The notes under the pieces: model-generated | The model's input: the letters and a program-made list of their open reading frames with translations, nothing else | Told to the model about the DNA's origin: nothing | Database searches by the model: none | Made by a program: the position numbers and the translations under genes | Assembly: GCF_002256285.1 (NCBI RefSeq) | Contig: NZ_NKJE01000011.1 | Coordinates: 56,710-120,709, forward strand | Direction of reading: 5' to 3' | Length of the DNA: 64,000 nucleotides | Source of the DNA: Flavobacterium sp. BFFFF1 | GTDB taxonomy: Bacteria; Bacteroidota; Bacteroidia; Flavobacteriales; Flavobacteriaceae | In this document: in pieces, positions 36,290-46,626 of the stretch | How the letters are laid out: each line of letters begins with the position of its first letter | Numbering within the stretch: position 1 is the first letter of the stretch

Positions 36290-37780
36290 ATGAGGTTAAT
36301 AACTATTTTCTTACTTTTTATTTTTTGTGGCAGTTGGGATGTTTCTGCCGCTACCCAACGGAAAGAAAATACTTCGATCCATTTGCTTTTAGCCGAGAAT
36401 ACAGCCGCAAAAAAGGATACTTTTTCGCCTTCCATCACTACACCCCAAAGCCTGAAACCTGAAGAAGTCTCTAAAAATCAGGATGTCGTATCGAGTAGTA
36501 AATTTTCGAAACTGGTCAGCATTTTAAGTTTGGCATTAATCTCGATTCTTTCCTTGTTAAGCCTTTCGTTGTATCGAAATAACATTATCCGCAAACAGAC
36601 TAACGCCCTTTTGCAGGAAAAGAACAGCGAACTGTTACTCGCGAAAGAAAAAGCGGAACGTGCTTCAACGGCAAGATCTGAATTTCTATCGACTGTAAGC
36701 CACGAATTACGGACACCATTGAATGCCATCACCGGGATCACGCACCTGCTCATTGAGGAAGAACCAAAGCCTTCACAGATAGATTACCTGAATTCCCTTA
36801 AATTTTCAGGGAACTACCTCCTGAATTACATCAATGAGATTCTTGAAATCAACCGCATCGAATCCAAGAATATTGAAGTCGAAAAAATAGATTTTAACCT
36901 CAAGGAACTGGTTACCGGGATCCACCATTCCATGAAGGAACAGGCGCAAAATAACAACAATAAATTTGTGCTTGAGGTTGATCCGGACATCCCGGAAAAC
37001 CTGATTGGCGACCCAACAAAACTCTCACAGATCATCATTAACCTTGTAAATAACGCTATAAAATTTACGGAAAAAGGCACCGTTCACGTCCTAATAAAAT
37101 TATTGAAGTCCGAAAACCGCAAAGCCACAGTGTTCTTTGAAGTTTCTGATACTGGAATCGGCATTCCGAAAGACAAGCAGGAAAGCGTATTCGAAAGCTT
37201 TTCGCAGGGATCAATTGAGATTAATCGGAAATATGGTGGAACAGGCCTAGGCCTCGCCATCGTAAGGCGCCTGATTATCATTTTGGGCGGAAGCATTAAC
37301 CTCTCCAGCAAAATCGGACAAGGCACTATTTTCTCATTTACACTCGATTTTAAAGAAGGAATGAAACAGCCTGCTCCATGTTACGATTTTAATGACAGTG
37401 ATTTTATTGCAAAAAAAATCCTGCTGGTTGAAGACAATAAAATCAATCAAATGATTACGAGGAGGCTTTTGGAAAAAAAACAAATGCTGTGCGATATTGT
37501 TGAAACAGGCGAAGACGCCGTATCGGTCACTCAAAAAAACCGTTATGACCTGATTTTAATGGACGTACATTTGCCGGGCATCAATGGAACAATTGCCACG
37601 CAGCAAATCCGCGAGTTTGATCCCACAACGCCAATCATTGCCCTTACTGCCATTTCCTTACTTGAAAACCGAGAAATGCTGTTGTCTTACGGAATGAATG
37701 AAGTGATCACAAAACCTTTTGAACCAGAGAAATTCTTCGCAACGATTGCGGAATACATTCAAAAGGAAAATCCAGTCTAA
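36290..37780 (+). CDS. Hybrid histidine kinase/response regulator with a very short extracytoplasmic region
   Basis: H-box SHELRTPLN, N-box NLVNNAIKF, G-boxes, receiver LMDVHLP. Start moved to MRLIT. Confidence 0.92.
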   Translation: MRLITIFLLFIFCGSWDVSAATQRKENTSIHLLLAENTAAKKDTFSPSITTPQSLKPEEVSKNQDVVSSSKFSKLVSILSLALISILSLLSLSLYRNNIIRKQTNALLQEKNSELLLAKEKAERASTARSEFLSTVSHELRTPLNAITGITHLLIEEEPKPSQIDYLNSLKFSGNYLLNYINEILEINRIESKNIEVEKIDFNLKELVTGIHHSMKEQAQNNNNKFVLEVDPDIPENLIGDPTKLSQIIINLVNNAIKFTEKGTVHVLIKLLKSENRKATVFFEVSDTGIGIPKDKQESVFESFSQGSIEINRKYGGTGLGLAIVRRLIIILGGSINLSSKIGQGTIFSFTLDFKEGMKQPAPCYDFNDSDFIAKKILLVEDNKINQMITRRLLEKKQMLCDIVETGEDAVSVTQKNRYDLILMDVHLPGINGTIATQQIREFDPTTPIIALTAISLLENREMLLSYGMNEVITKPFEPEKFFATIAEYIQKENPV

Positions 37781-38592
37781 TACTCCAGAATAAGTGTTTT
37801 TATCAGGCTTCTGACAAGAGGTTCGGCTTTTTGGGCCGCTTCAAGGACTTCTTTGTGGGTAATTGTGCCAATACTTTCTTCATCACCCATATCCGTAATA
37901 ACAGATATGCCAAAAGTTTCCAATTCAATATGACGGGCGACAATCACTTCCGGAACAGTGGACATGCCCACACAATCCGCACCCAGCGCCTTTACCATCC
38001 TATACTCCGCCAGCGTTTCAAATGTCGGACCCTGTAACCCAAGATATATTCCATCATGAACGTTAATGCCCAGTACGGACGCAATTTCTTTGGCTTTCGA
38101 AATCATCTTTACCGAAAATGGTTCACTCATATTCACAAAACGAGGTCCGAAACGTTCATCATTAACACCACGTAATGGATGTTCCGGGAGCAAATTGACC
38201 TGGTCATGCAATATTACAACAGCACCTACAGTGTAGTTTGGGTTGACGCCTCCGGACGCATTGGAAACGATAAGCTTTTCGACTCCGATATACTTCATCA
38301 CACGCACAGGAAATGTTACCTGTTTCATATCATAGCCTTCATAATAATGAAAGCGGCCCTGCATCGCCACAACCTTTTTATCGCCTATTGTACCGAATAC
38401 CAAAGCGCCTTTATGTCCCTGTACCGTGGACACGGGAAAATTCGGAATTTCCGTATACGGAATTGTATATTTAATTTCGATATCATCAGTAAAGCTACCA
38501 AGTCCCGATCCTAGAATTACTCCATACTCCGGAGTAAATTGATTGGTCTTTTCGTTGATATAGTTTACCGTTTCCTGTACTTTTTCCCACAT
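37777..38592 (-). CDS. punA: Purine nucleoside phosphorylase (trimeric PNP-I type)
   Basis: ILGSGLG, GRFHYYEGY, GPTFET, VGMSTVPE. Start moved to MWEKV. Confidence 0.93.
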   Translation of the reverse strand: MWEKVQETVNYINEKTNQFTPEYGVILGSGLGSFTDDIEIKYTIPYTEIPNFPVSTVQGHKGALVFGTIGDKKVVAMQGRFHYYEGYDMKQVTFPVRVMKYIGVEKLIVSNASGGVNPNYTVGAVVILHDQVNLLPEHPLRGVNDERFGPRFVNMSEPFSVKMISKAKEIASVLGINVHDGIYLGLQGPTFETLAEYRMVKALGADCVGMSTVPEVIVARHIELETFGISVITDMGDEESIGTITHKEVLEAAQKAEPLVRSLIKTLILEY

Positions 38593-38825
38593 GATTTCAT
38601 AATTATTAACGCTTCCAAAATTATACAAATATTATTCATCTGACCCACAATTTTGTTAGAATCAATTACGGTAATTAAAAATAGGCCTTTGGTCTCTTGT
38701 ATGGGTAAAGTATAGTTGATATATACTTTATTGCAGCGCCAAAACGCATGCTGTATGGTTTATATATGTACACAATTCCATATTTCTTAAATATCCCACC
38801 GTAAATTGCAGGAAATAAAAAACTT

Positions 38826-41800
38826 ATGCTAAATAATTACCAAAAAAACATTAAAGCGATAATACTCTCTTTTTGTCTGATGCTGGCTGTGTCCCTGCAT
38901 GCGCAATTCACCACCGTCGGAAGCGGAGGATACACCAATACATTCCCCGGAACAGACTCGGCCGGCAGAAATGCCTTCCCATCCGGTTCTCCGCAAATTA
39001 CGGGTAACGCCATCGGGAAGCCTGTTCCCACAAACGACTGGTGGTCGGCACTACTGAAAGAGAACCACGCGGCGAATCTTTTTAATTACCCGTTGGCGAT
39101 GCGCACAGTAAATGAAGGCCTTGTCGTAAGCTACATTGTACCAACATCAACACCGAATGGCGCCAGCCAGCCGTTTGATGATGCATTACCGATTACAATA
39201 GGCGTCACCGGATTAAGTTCTTCCATTACAAAAGTAGCGGACTATTCAGATTGGACCGTCACCATGAATTGGGCTGGCGGCACACACAAGTTCGAGGCCA
39301 CTGCAGCAATTGGGATGCCATTTATTTATTTTACCAAAAACACAACAGATGTTGCCCAATTAACCATTACAGAAGGCACCGTCACGATAAACAACGAAAT
39401 GCTCGTGATCACGAATTCACATCAGGGCGCTGACTTTGCAGTGTATGCACCAGTCGGAAGTGTTTGGACGCAGGCTGGAAATGTGTACACCTCAACACTA
39501 AACAACAAAAACTATTGGTCGATGGCTTACATTCCGCCAAGTGCGAGTGACATCACTACCGTAGCAAACCAATATAAAAAATATGCTTACGTTTTCCCAA
39601 CAAACACCACCTCATCCTGGAATTACGATCAGGCTACGGCAAAAATGACCACTACTTTCAACGTTACGACTGACGTCAAAGAAGGTATTGAAACGAATGT
39701 GCTGCTGGGATTGCTCCCACACCAATGGGCCCATCTTGCATCAGCATCAGCACAGCCAGGTGGTTACAGTTACAGTTCCATCAGGGGGGAAATAAAAACC
39801 CTTGATGGCAATACGTTTACTGTCGAAAATACATTTAAAGGTATTTTGCCGACACTCCCTTATCTTGATAATTACAGCCCTGGGTTCAATCCAGCGAAGC
39901 TGGACACCAAAATTTCCCAGATTGAAAACGACGGCCTTGCCACCTGGACGGATTCCTATAACGAAGGACAAGTGATGAACCGCCTGATACAAACAGCCAG
40001 GGTTGCCGACGAAATGGGCGATACCGAAGCACGGAATAAAATCGTAGCAACAATCAAAGAAAGGCTCGAAGATTGGCTCAAACCCCAATCGGGTGAGGTG
40101 GCGTTCCTGTTTTATTACAACAGCACCTGGTCGACAATAATCGGATACCCAGCCGGCCACGGACAGGATTCGAATATCAATGACCACCATTTCCATTGGG
40201 GCTATTTCATCCATGCTGCGGCGTTTATGGAACAATTTGAGCCTGGCTGGGCAGCGCAATGGGGCCCGATGATTAATATGTTGGTTCGGGACGCCGCGTC
40301 AAGCGACAGGAACGATTCGATGTTTCCTTATTTGAGGAACTTCAGCCCATATGCCGGCCACAGTTGGGCGAACGGTTTTGCCACTTTTCCTTTCGGAAAC
40401 GACCAGGAGTCCACTTCTGAAAGCATGCAGTTCGCTTCCTCGCTGATTCATTGGGGCACGATTACAGAAAATACAGCCATCAGGGACTTGGGAATTTATA
40501 TTTATACCACAGAACAGACCGCCATCGAAGAATATTGGTTTGATGTAAACCACCGGACTTTTAAACCTGGTTACGGATACAGCCTTGCTTCGAGGGTCTG
40601 GGGAAATGGCTACGACAACCAGACATTCTGGACGGGAGACATCGCAGCAGCATACGGGATAGAAATGTACCCGATTCACGGTGGGTCGCTGTATTTGGGA
40701 CAAAACCAAACCTATGTCCAATCGCTTTGGAATGAAATTTCAGCAAACACCGGAATTCTAAGCAACGAAGCCAACGCAAACCTCTGGCATGATGTGTACT
40801 GGGAATATCTTTCCTTCATCAATCCGCAGGCAGCAATCAATTTGTACGACTCTTATCCTGATAGGGAACTGAAATTTGGCATATCGGATGCACAAACCTA
40901 CCACTGGTTGCACTCGATGAATGCTTTAGGCACCGTAAATGTGAATATCACAGCCAACTACCCCATAGCGGCAACATTTACAACGAATGGCGTTACAAAT
41001 TATGTCGCACATAATTATGGAGATTCTGCTATCGACGTTAGCTTTTCAGATGGCTATATATTACATGTTCCTGCCAATTCTATGGCAACCAGCAGGGATA
41101 CTGATGTGAACGGCGTTTTGTCTTCCGATTTCTATCAGGCGTACCCGAATGGAAGCGTCCACCTTACTGCGGTAACCACGGGATCCGGAGTAACAAAAGT
41201 GGCTTTCTTCGATGGTGCAAATTTAATCGGTGAAGACACTACCGCACCATACGAAATGCAGGCTGCAAACCTGACGTTGGGCATGCACGGCATGTACGCT
41301 AAAGTCTATTCGGGCGATTCATTTAATGTTACCAACATCATCCAGGTTCAGGTTGGAGAACAGGTTCCGTTTTTAGGCGCACCGTTCCCGATTCCGGGAA
41401 CCATCCAGCCAGGAAATTATGATGCATTTGAAGGTGGTATCGGGCAAAACATTTCGTACAATGATTCTTCGCAGAATAATGAAGGGGGTTATCGCGCCAC
41501 TGAATATGTCGACGCTACGGTAGACACGAACGAAGGCAACACAGTGGGCTGGATCACTGCCGGGGAATGGATGGAATATTCCATAAATGTACAGACTTCC
41601 GGCTTGTATAACGCCACGCTTCGTTATGCATCAGGAAACTCAAATGGCGGCGGACCGTTTCATTTTGAAGTCGATGGAGTAGCTGTTACCGCCGATGTCA
41701 GCCTGCCTGCAACCGGAAACTGGAACAGTTGGGCAAATAAACTAATCAATAATATACCGCTGACACAAGGCGAACACATTTTAAGATTCTCTGCCGTCAA

Positions 41801-43613
41801 TGGCGAGTTCAACCTTGGCGCAATGGCTTTTGCTTATGCTGCGCCATTAGCATTTGTGCCACCTGTTGCAAATGCCGGGGAAAATGTTGTGGTGGTCTTA
41901 CCCAATACAACGGCATCATTAAATGGTTCGTTGAGCAATGACCCGGAGGGCCAGTCCCTCACCTTTAACTGGGAACAGGTTTATGGTCCATCGGTCATCA
42001 GCTTTGATAACAATACAATAGCGTCACCTGTAATCTCGAACTTAATCGAGGGGATCTATAAATGCCAACTTACTGTTAGTGACGGTACTTATTCCGATTC
42101 CGACGAAGTACTGATATTGGTTTCCTCGAGTGGAAATGCCGCACCAACGGTTTCAATCACTTCGCCTTTAAACAATGCGACATACGTTGAAGGCACTCCG
42201 ATTTCCATCAATGCCATTGCAGCCGATCTCGATGGCAATGTTACTGCTGTTGCTTTCTTTGACGGCGCGACGCTGCTCGGAGAAGATTCGATTGCTCCGT
42301 ACAGTTTTGACTGGACAAACGCTTCGGTAGGAACGCATACCATTACCGCCGTAGCGACAGACAATGGTACGGCGCAAAGCACCTCACAGTCCATCAGCGT
42401 CACGGTTTCAGAACTGATGTCCTGTATGGAAACATCGAACGTCGCACAGCAGGGGTCCTTCTCCGTAGGCTATGACGCCACTTTTGAAACCGTCGGAAAC
42501 AATGTAACGGTCACGTTTAAATTGCTGGACACCGATAAAACAGGCGTGGTTGCCTATTTGTGGAAACAATCCCCATTTACTGAAACACCAATGGACAATA
42601 CATCAGGCCTGACTTTCTCAAAAACACTATCGGCCCAGACGCTGGGACAAACCATAACGTATGCGTGTAAATTTGCATTTGCCGGTGGTCTTTCTGTAAC
42701 AAAGTATTTCACCTACGTCGTTGGCAGCGATTGCGGTTCCGGCGGTCCGGACACGCAGGCACCGTTGAATTTCACGGCATCAATTGGTACTGTTACCGCG
42801 TCTGCCATTGAGCTCCTTTTAAATGGAACCGACAATTCCGGAAGTGTTACTTACAATGTATCCTATGGTGCCAATTCAACCTCAGTAAACAGCCTTTCCG
42901 GTGTCCAGAAATCACTGATGATTACGAACCTTGCGCCAGCAACACTTTATACGTTCAGTATTGATGCCAGCGACGCATCAGGCAATAACGCAGCAAACAA
43001 TTCCATAATCCTGCAAGCGACAACCGCATTGGATACAAGCACCGCCTGTTCCGGCACCAGTGATGACGCACAGCAGGGCGCTTTTTCCACCGGCTATCAC
43101 TATGCTTTTGTAACCAATGGCACCGATGTGACGATCACTTTCGAAATGCTCGACACGGACAAATCGGGCGTAATCGCCTATCTATGGCGCCAAACCCCGT
43201 TTTCGGAGACCCCGATGACCAATATCGGCGGACTGCAGTTCTCTAAAACGATTACGGGTCAGGCATTGGGATCTACCATCAGCTATGGCGTTAAATTTGC
43301 ATTCGCAGGTGGCTTGGCAGTAACAAAATATTTCAGCTATACAGTTGGAGATACTTGTGCGTTAAGTGTCGAAAATCCAGCTTTAGACGCCTTCGTAACT
43401 TTGTATCCTAACCCTGCGGATAATATTTTAAATATCGATTCCTCGTTACTTCCTGTTTCTAAAATCGAATTTTATTCCGTATTGGGAAGTAAGATAACAA
43501 AATCTCTTAATGGCCATAATACAATCCATATCGAAGATCTTTCGAGCGGACTTTATATCTTAAAAATATACATCGGCGACAACTTTATAACAAGGAAACT
43601 GATGATAAAGTAA
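38826..43613 (+). CDS. Multimodular T9SS-secreted GH81 endo-beta-1,3-glucanase (GH81-Ig-CBM6-PKD-Ig-X-FN3-X-CTD)
   Basis: PTNDWWS, NDHHFHWGY and DQESTSE GH81 motifs; CBM6-like GWITAGEWMEY; PKD-like ANAG...WEQV; LYPNP...KLMIK C-terminal domain. Confidence 0.88.
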   Translation: MLNNYQKNIKAIILSFCLMLAVSLHAQFTTVGSGGYTNTFPGTDSAGRNAFPSGSPQITGNAIGKPVPTNDWWSALLKENHAANLFNYPLAMRTVNEGLVVSYIVPTSTPNGASQPFDDALPITIGVTGLSSSITKVADYSDWTVTMNWAGGTHKFEATAAIGMPFIYFTKNTTDVAQLTITEGTVTINNEMLVITNSHQGADFAVYAPVGSVWTQAGNVYTSTLNNKNYWSMAYIPPSASDITTVANQYKKYAYVFPTNTTSSWNYDQATAKMTTTFNVTTDVKEGIETNVLLGLLPHQWAHLASASAQPGGYSYSSIRGEIKTLDGNTFTVENTFKGILPTLPYLDNYSPGFNPAKLDTKISQIENDGLATWTDSYNEGQVMNRLIQTARVADEMGDTEARNKIVATIKERLEDWLKPQSGEVAFLFYYNSTWSTIIGYPAGHGQDSNINDHHFHWGYFIHAAAFMEQFEPGWAAQWGPMINMLVRDAASSDRNDSMFPYLRNFSPYAGHSWANGFATFPFGNDQESTSESMQFASSLIHWGTITENTAIRDLGIYIYTTEQTAIEEYWFDVNHRTFKPGYGYSLASRVWGNGYDNQTFWTGDIAAAYGIEMYPIHGGSLYLGQNQTYVQSLWNEISANTGILSNEANANLWHDVYWEYLSFINPQAAINLYDSYPDRELKFGISDAQTYHWLHSMNALGTVNVNITANYPIAATFTTNGVTNYVAHNYGDSAIDVSFSDGYILHVPANSMATSRDTDVNGVLSSDFYQAYPNGSVHLTAVTTGSGVTKVAFFDGANLIGEDTTAPYEMQAANLTLGMHGMYAKVYSGDSFNVTNIIQVQVGEQVPFLGAPFPIPGTIQPGNYDAFEGGIGQNISYNDSSQNNEGGYRATEYVDATVDTNEGNTVGWITAGEWMEYSINVQTSGLYNATLRYASGNSNGGGPFHFEVDGVAVTADVSLPATGNWNSWANKLINNIPLTQGEHILRFSAVNGEFNLGAMAFAYAAPLAFVPPVANAGENVVVVLPNTTASLNGSLSNDPEGQSLTFNWEQVYGPSVISFDNNTIASPVISNLIEGIYKCQLTVSDGTYSDSDEVLILVSSSGNAAPTVSITSPLNNATYVEGTPISINAIAADLDGNVTAVAFFDGATLLGEDSIAPYSFDWTNASVGTHTITAVATDNGTAQSTSQSISVTVSELMSCMETSNVAQQGSFSVGYDATFETVGNNVTVTFKLLDTDKTGVVAYLWKQSPFTETPMDNTSGLTFSKTLSAQTLGQTITYACKFAFAGGLSVTKYFTYVVGSDCGSGGPDTQAPLNFTASIGTVTASAIELLLNGTDNSGSVTYNVSYGANSTSVNSLSGVQKSLMITNLAPATLYTFSIDASDASGNNAANNSIILQATTALDTSTACSGTSDDAQQGAFSTGYHYAFVTNGTDVTITFEMLDTDKSGVIAYLWRQTPFSETPMTNIGGLQFSKTITGQALGSTISYGVKFAFAGGLAVTKYFSYTVGDTCALSVENPALDAFVTLYPNPADNILNIDSSLLPVSKIEFYSVLGSKITKSLNGHNTIHIEDLSSGLYILKIYIGDNFITRKLMIK

Positions 43614-43635
43614 ATGTTAATTAGTTAGTTTTTGC

Positions 43636-43670
43636 AAAAAACGGCTGTGAATTATTTCATGGCCGTTTTT
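43636..43670. terminator. Probable bidirectional terminator overlapping the lpxK stop
   Basis: AAAAAACGGCTGTGAA/TTCATGGCCGTTTTT imperfect hairpin. Confidence 0.6.
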
Positions 43671-44659
43671 ATTTTGGAGTCAAAGTCCGCACTACCGGAA
43701 AAGAACGCGGTTTGAATCGGAAGATAAAAAAGCTGGTCACTTTGCAACTTGTCTTTTAATCGGACATAATCCTTTTCTGTAGTGATAATCAGTTTATCAC
43801 CTGCCGATTTTTTTATTTTATCGATGTCCTCGCTCGAAAAATGGTGGTGGTCAGGAAACGTCAACAAGGTATCTTTATCATGCTGTAGGTGCTTAAAAAA
43901 TGGTTGCGGCTTTGCAATTCCGGCGACAAGTGTTTTATCCCTTTTAATCAGATCGGACACAGGAAGTACCTTGGCTTGTCCAAAAACCCTATCGTCGTAA
44001 TCGATATAAGTAAAGAAGACGCTTTGGTTATGGTCAGTACGCAAGCGTTCACGAATACCATCCTGCTCTTTAATAGAGAGTCCAATCGGGCATTTCGTCA
44101 CGAGGATGACATCGGCACGCTTTGTTCCGCTCCTGCCCTCACGAAGATTTCCCGTTGGCAGCATATAATCATCAGCGTATAAATCACCATAAGCTGTTAA
44201 GAGAATGTAAAATCCTGCCTTTACTTTTCGATGCTGATACGCATCATCCAGCAAAATCACATCCGGTTTTGGATTTAATTTCAGCAATTGTTCAATTCCA
44301 TTTCTGCGATCCGCATCCACACCGACATAGATTTCGGGGAATTTCTGATGGTATTGGAATGGTTCATCGCCAAGGATTTCTGCATTGGCATTTGTATCGC
44401 CTAACACAAAACCTTTTGACTTCCGCTTATATCCCCTGCTTAAAACTGCCACTTTGTATTGTGCCGAAAGCAGGCGGATCAGGTATTCAATCTGTGGTGT
44501 TTTCCCCGTGCCGCCCACACTAAGGTTCCCGACGGCAATTACCGGTACGCCATAAGAAACTGATTTCAGCAACCCGATATCGTAAAGAAAATTCCTGATG
44601 CCGGTAATCCATCCATAAAGTATGGCAAACGGAAATAGTATTTTTCGCAGCAAATCCAT
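43652..44659 (-). CDS. lpxK: Tetraacyldisaccharide 4'-kinase
   Basis: VGNLSVGGTGKTP, SRGY, GDEP, LDDAYQH, TTEKD. Confidence 0.96.
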   Translation of the reverse strand: MDLLRKILFPFAILYGWITGIRNFLYDIGLLKSVSYGVPVIAVGNLSVGGTGKTPQIEYLIRLLSAQYKVAVLSRGYKRKSKGFVLGDTNANAEILGDEPFQYHQKFPEIYVGVDADRRNGIEQLLKLNPKPDVILLDDAYQHRKVKAGFYILLTAYGDLYADDYMLPTGNLREGRSGTKRADVILVTKCPIGLSIKEQDGIRERLRTDHNQSVFFTYIDYDDRVFGQAKVLPVSDLIKRDKTLVAGIAKPQPFFKHLQHDKDTLLTFPDHHHFSSEDIDKIKKSAGDKLIITTEKDYVRLKDKLQSDQLFYLPIQTAFFSGSADFDSKIKTAMK

Positions 44660-44711
44660 TTCACGAAAGTAGAATATTTTATCTTTGGATACTTTAGTAC
44701 GTTTTAAAATT

Positions 44712-45806
44712 ATGCAGATAAAACAAATCCTTTCTGTCCTGGAAGAAATGGCACCACTCGCCTACGCCGAAGATTTTGACAATGTCGGGCTGCTCATAGG
44801 AGCCGCAGAAAACGAAGCTACAGGCGCACTTATCTGTCACGATGCGCTCGAAAGCGTGGTTGATGAAGCCGTTGCTAAAAATTGCAATCTCATCGTTTGC
44901 TTCCATCCGATACTATTTGCGGGGCTTAAGAAAATCACAGGCAAAAACTACGTTGAGCGCACTGTGATTAAGGCCATTAAAAACGATATTGCCATCTACG
45001 CAGTACATACGGCGCTGGACAACCACCAACAGGGCGTGAATAAAATCTTCTGTGACGCCTTAGGGTTGGTGAACACGAAGATTTTGGTACCAAAACAAAA
45101 TTTCATCGGAAAACTCGTCACGTATACTGTTGCTGAAAACGCCGACAAAGTGCGCAATGCATTATTCGCTGCCGGCGCAGGAAGCATCGGAAACTATGAA
45201 AATTGCAGCTTCAACTCAGATGGTATCGGCACCTATCAGGGAAATGAAGACAGCAATCCTGTCATTGGCAAAAAAGGCGAACCGACGCGTACGCCCGAAA
45301 TAAAAATCGAAGTCATTTTTGAAAAACACCTGGAATCCAAAATCCTGAAGACGCTTTTTGAAAACCATGTTTATGAAGAAGTCGCTTACGAAATCTATTC
45401 ATTGGAAAACCACCACCAAAACATTGGTTTAGGTATGATTGGCGAATTGCAGACAACTTATAATGAGATGGATTTCCTGCATTTCGTAAAGGATAAAATG
45501 GGTGCCGACGGCATTCGCCACAGTGCTTTCCGCCATAAAAATGTACACAAAGTGGCCGTGCTTGGCGGCTCCGGAAGCTTTGCAATCGGGCATGCCATCC
45601 GCGCCGGCGCCGATGCATTCCTGACCGCTGACCTTAAATACCATCAGTTTTATGAAGCCGAAGGAAAGCTGCTTTTAGCCGATATCGGACATTTCGAAAG
45701 TGAGCGCTATACAAAAAATTATATTGTTGATTATCTTATCAAAAAAATGCCTAATTTTGCATTCATTTTATCAGAAGAAAATACAAATCCAGTTAAGTAC
45801 TTATAA
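44712..45806 (+). CDS. Nif3-like dinuclear metal protein with PII-like insert
   Basis: DNVGLL, HPILF, HTALD, HVYEEVAY, DIGHFESE. Start moved to MQIKQ. Confidence 0.92.
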   Translation: MQIKQILSVLEEMAPLAYAEDFDNVGLLIGAAENEATGALICHDALESVVDEAVAKNCNLIVCFHPILFAGLKKITGKNYVERTVIKAIKNDIAIYAVHTALDNHQQGVNKIFCDALGLVNTKILVPKQNFIGKLVTYTVAENADKVRNALFAAGAGSIGNYENCSFNSDGIGTYQGNEDSNPVIGKKGEPTRTPEIKIEVIFEKHLESKILKTLFENHVYEEVAYEIYSLENHHQNIGLGMIGELQTTYNEMDFLHFVKDKMGADGIRHSAFRHKNVHKVAVLGGSGSFAIGHAIRAGADAFLTADLKYHQFYEAEGKLLLADIGHFESERYTKNYIVDYLIKKMPNFAFILSEENTNPVKYL

Positions 45807-45809
45807 TAT

Positions 45810-46592
45810 ATGGCGACTACAAAAGAATTGAGTGTTGAAGACAAGTTAAGGGCAATTTACGATTTACAGCTTATTGACTCCCGTATCGACGAAATCAGGA
45901 ATGTAAGGGGGGAACTTCCTTTAGAAGTGGAAGATCTTGAAGATGAAGTTGCCGGGTTAAAATCTCGTTCTGAAAAATTGAAATCTGAACTTGATGTCAT
46001 CGAAGACCAGATTAAAGCAAAGAAAAATGCCATCGATGAGCATAAAGAAGCCATCAAAAAGTATACAAAACAACAGGAAAGTGTCCGCAACAACAGGGAA
46101 TTTAATTCTTTGACCAAAGAAGTGGAATTCCAGGAGCTTGAAATCCAATTGGCTGAAAAGCAAATTAAGGAAATGAAAGCGTCTATCGAATACAAAAAAC
46201 AGATCGTTTCGCAATCTGCTGAGAAACTCGAGGAAAAACAAACACACCTGGACCATAAAAAGTCAGAGCTTGATGCAATCATGGCTGAAACTTCGAAAGA
46301 AGAAGCTTATCTTTCTCAAAAATCAGCTGAATACACTGCTTTAATCGAGGAAAGATTGTTGACTGCCTATAACAGGATCCGCAGCAGCGTAAGAAATGGT
46401 CTTGCAGTCGTTTCTATTGAAAGAGGCGCATCAGCGGGTTCGTTCTTTACAATCCCGCCACAGACACAAGTGGAAATTGCTTCAAGGAAAAAAATCATTA
46501 CCGATGAGCATTCCGGAAGAATCTTAGTGGACAGTGCACTCGCTGACGAAGAAAAAGAAAAAATGGAAAAGCTTTTTGCCGATTTCCAATAA
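45810..46592 (+). CDS. Coiled-coil protein of the C4 zinc-ribbon (CT398/HP0958-like) family with the Cys ligands absent
   Basis: LQLIDSRID start, long coiled coil, GASAGSFFTIPPQ and DEHSGRIL ribbon. Confidence 0.85.
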   Translation: MATTKELSVEDKLRAIYDLQLIDSRIDEIRNVRGELPLEVEDLEDEVAGLKSRSEKLKSELDVIEDQIKAKKNAIDEHKEAIKKYTKQQESVRNNREFNSLTKEVEFQELEIQLAEKQIKEMKASIEYKKQIVSQSAEKLEEKQTHLDHKKSELDAIMAETSKEEAYLSQKSAEYTALIEERLLTAYNRIRSSVRNGLAVVSIERGASAGSFFTIPPQTQVEIASRKKIITDEHSGRILVDSALADEEKEKMEKLFADFQ

Positions 46593-46598
46593 AAATTC

Positions 46599-46624
46599 AA
46601 ACCTCCGGAAACGGGGGTTTTTTT
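46599..46624 (+). terminator. Intrinsic terminator
   Basis: AAACCTCCG-GAAA-CGGGGGTTT followed by TTTT, ending 2 nt before the next ATG. Confidence 0.7.
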
Positions 46625-46626
46625 AT

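Noticed and set aside
42089-42403. Many 60-185 aa antisense ORFs throughout the window, for example 29435..29980, 53537..54094 and this one
   Set aside because: They lie fully opposite well-supported genes, have no recognisable motifs, and are expected from codon bias.
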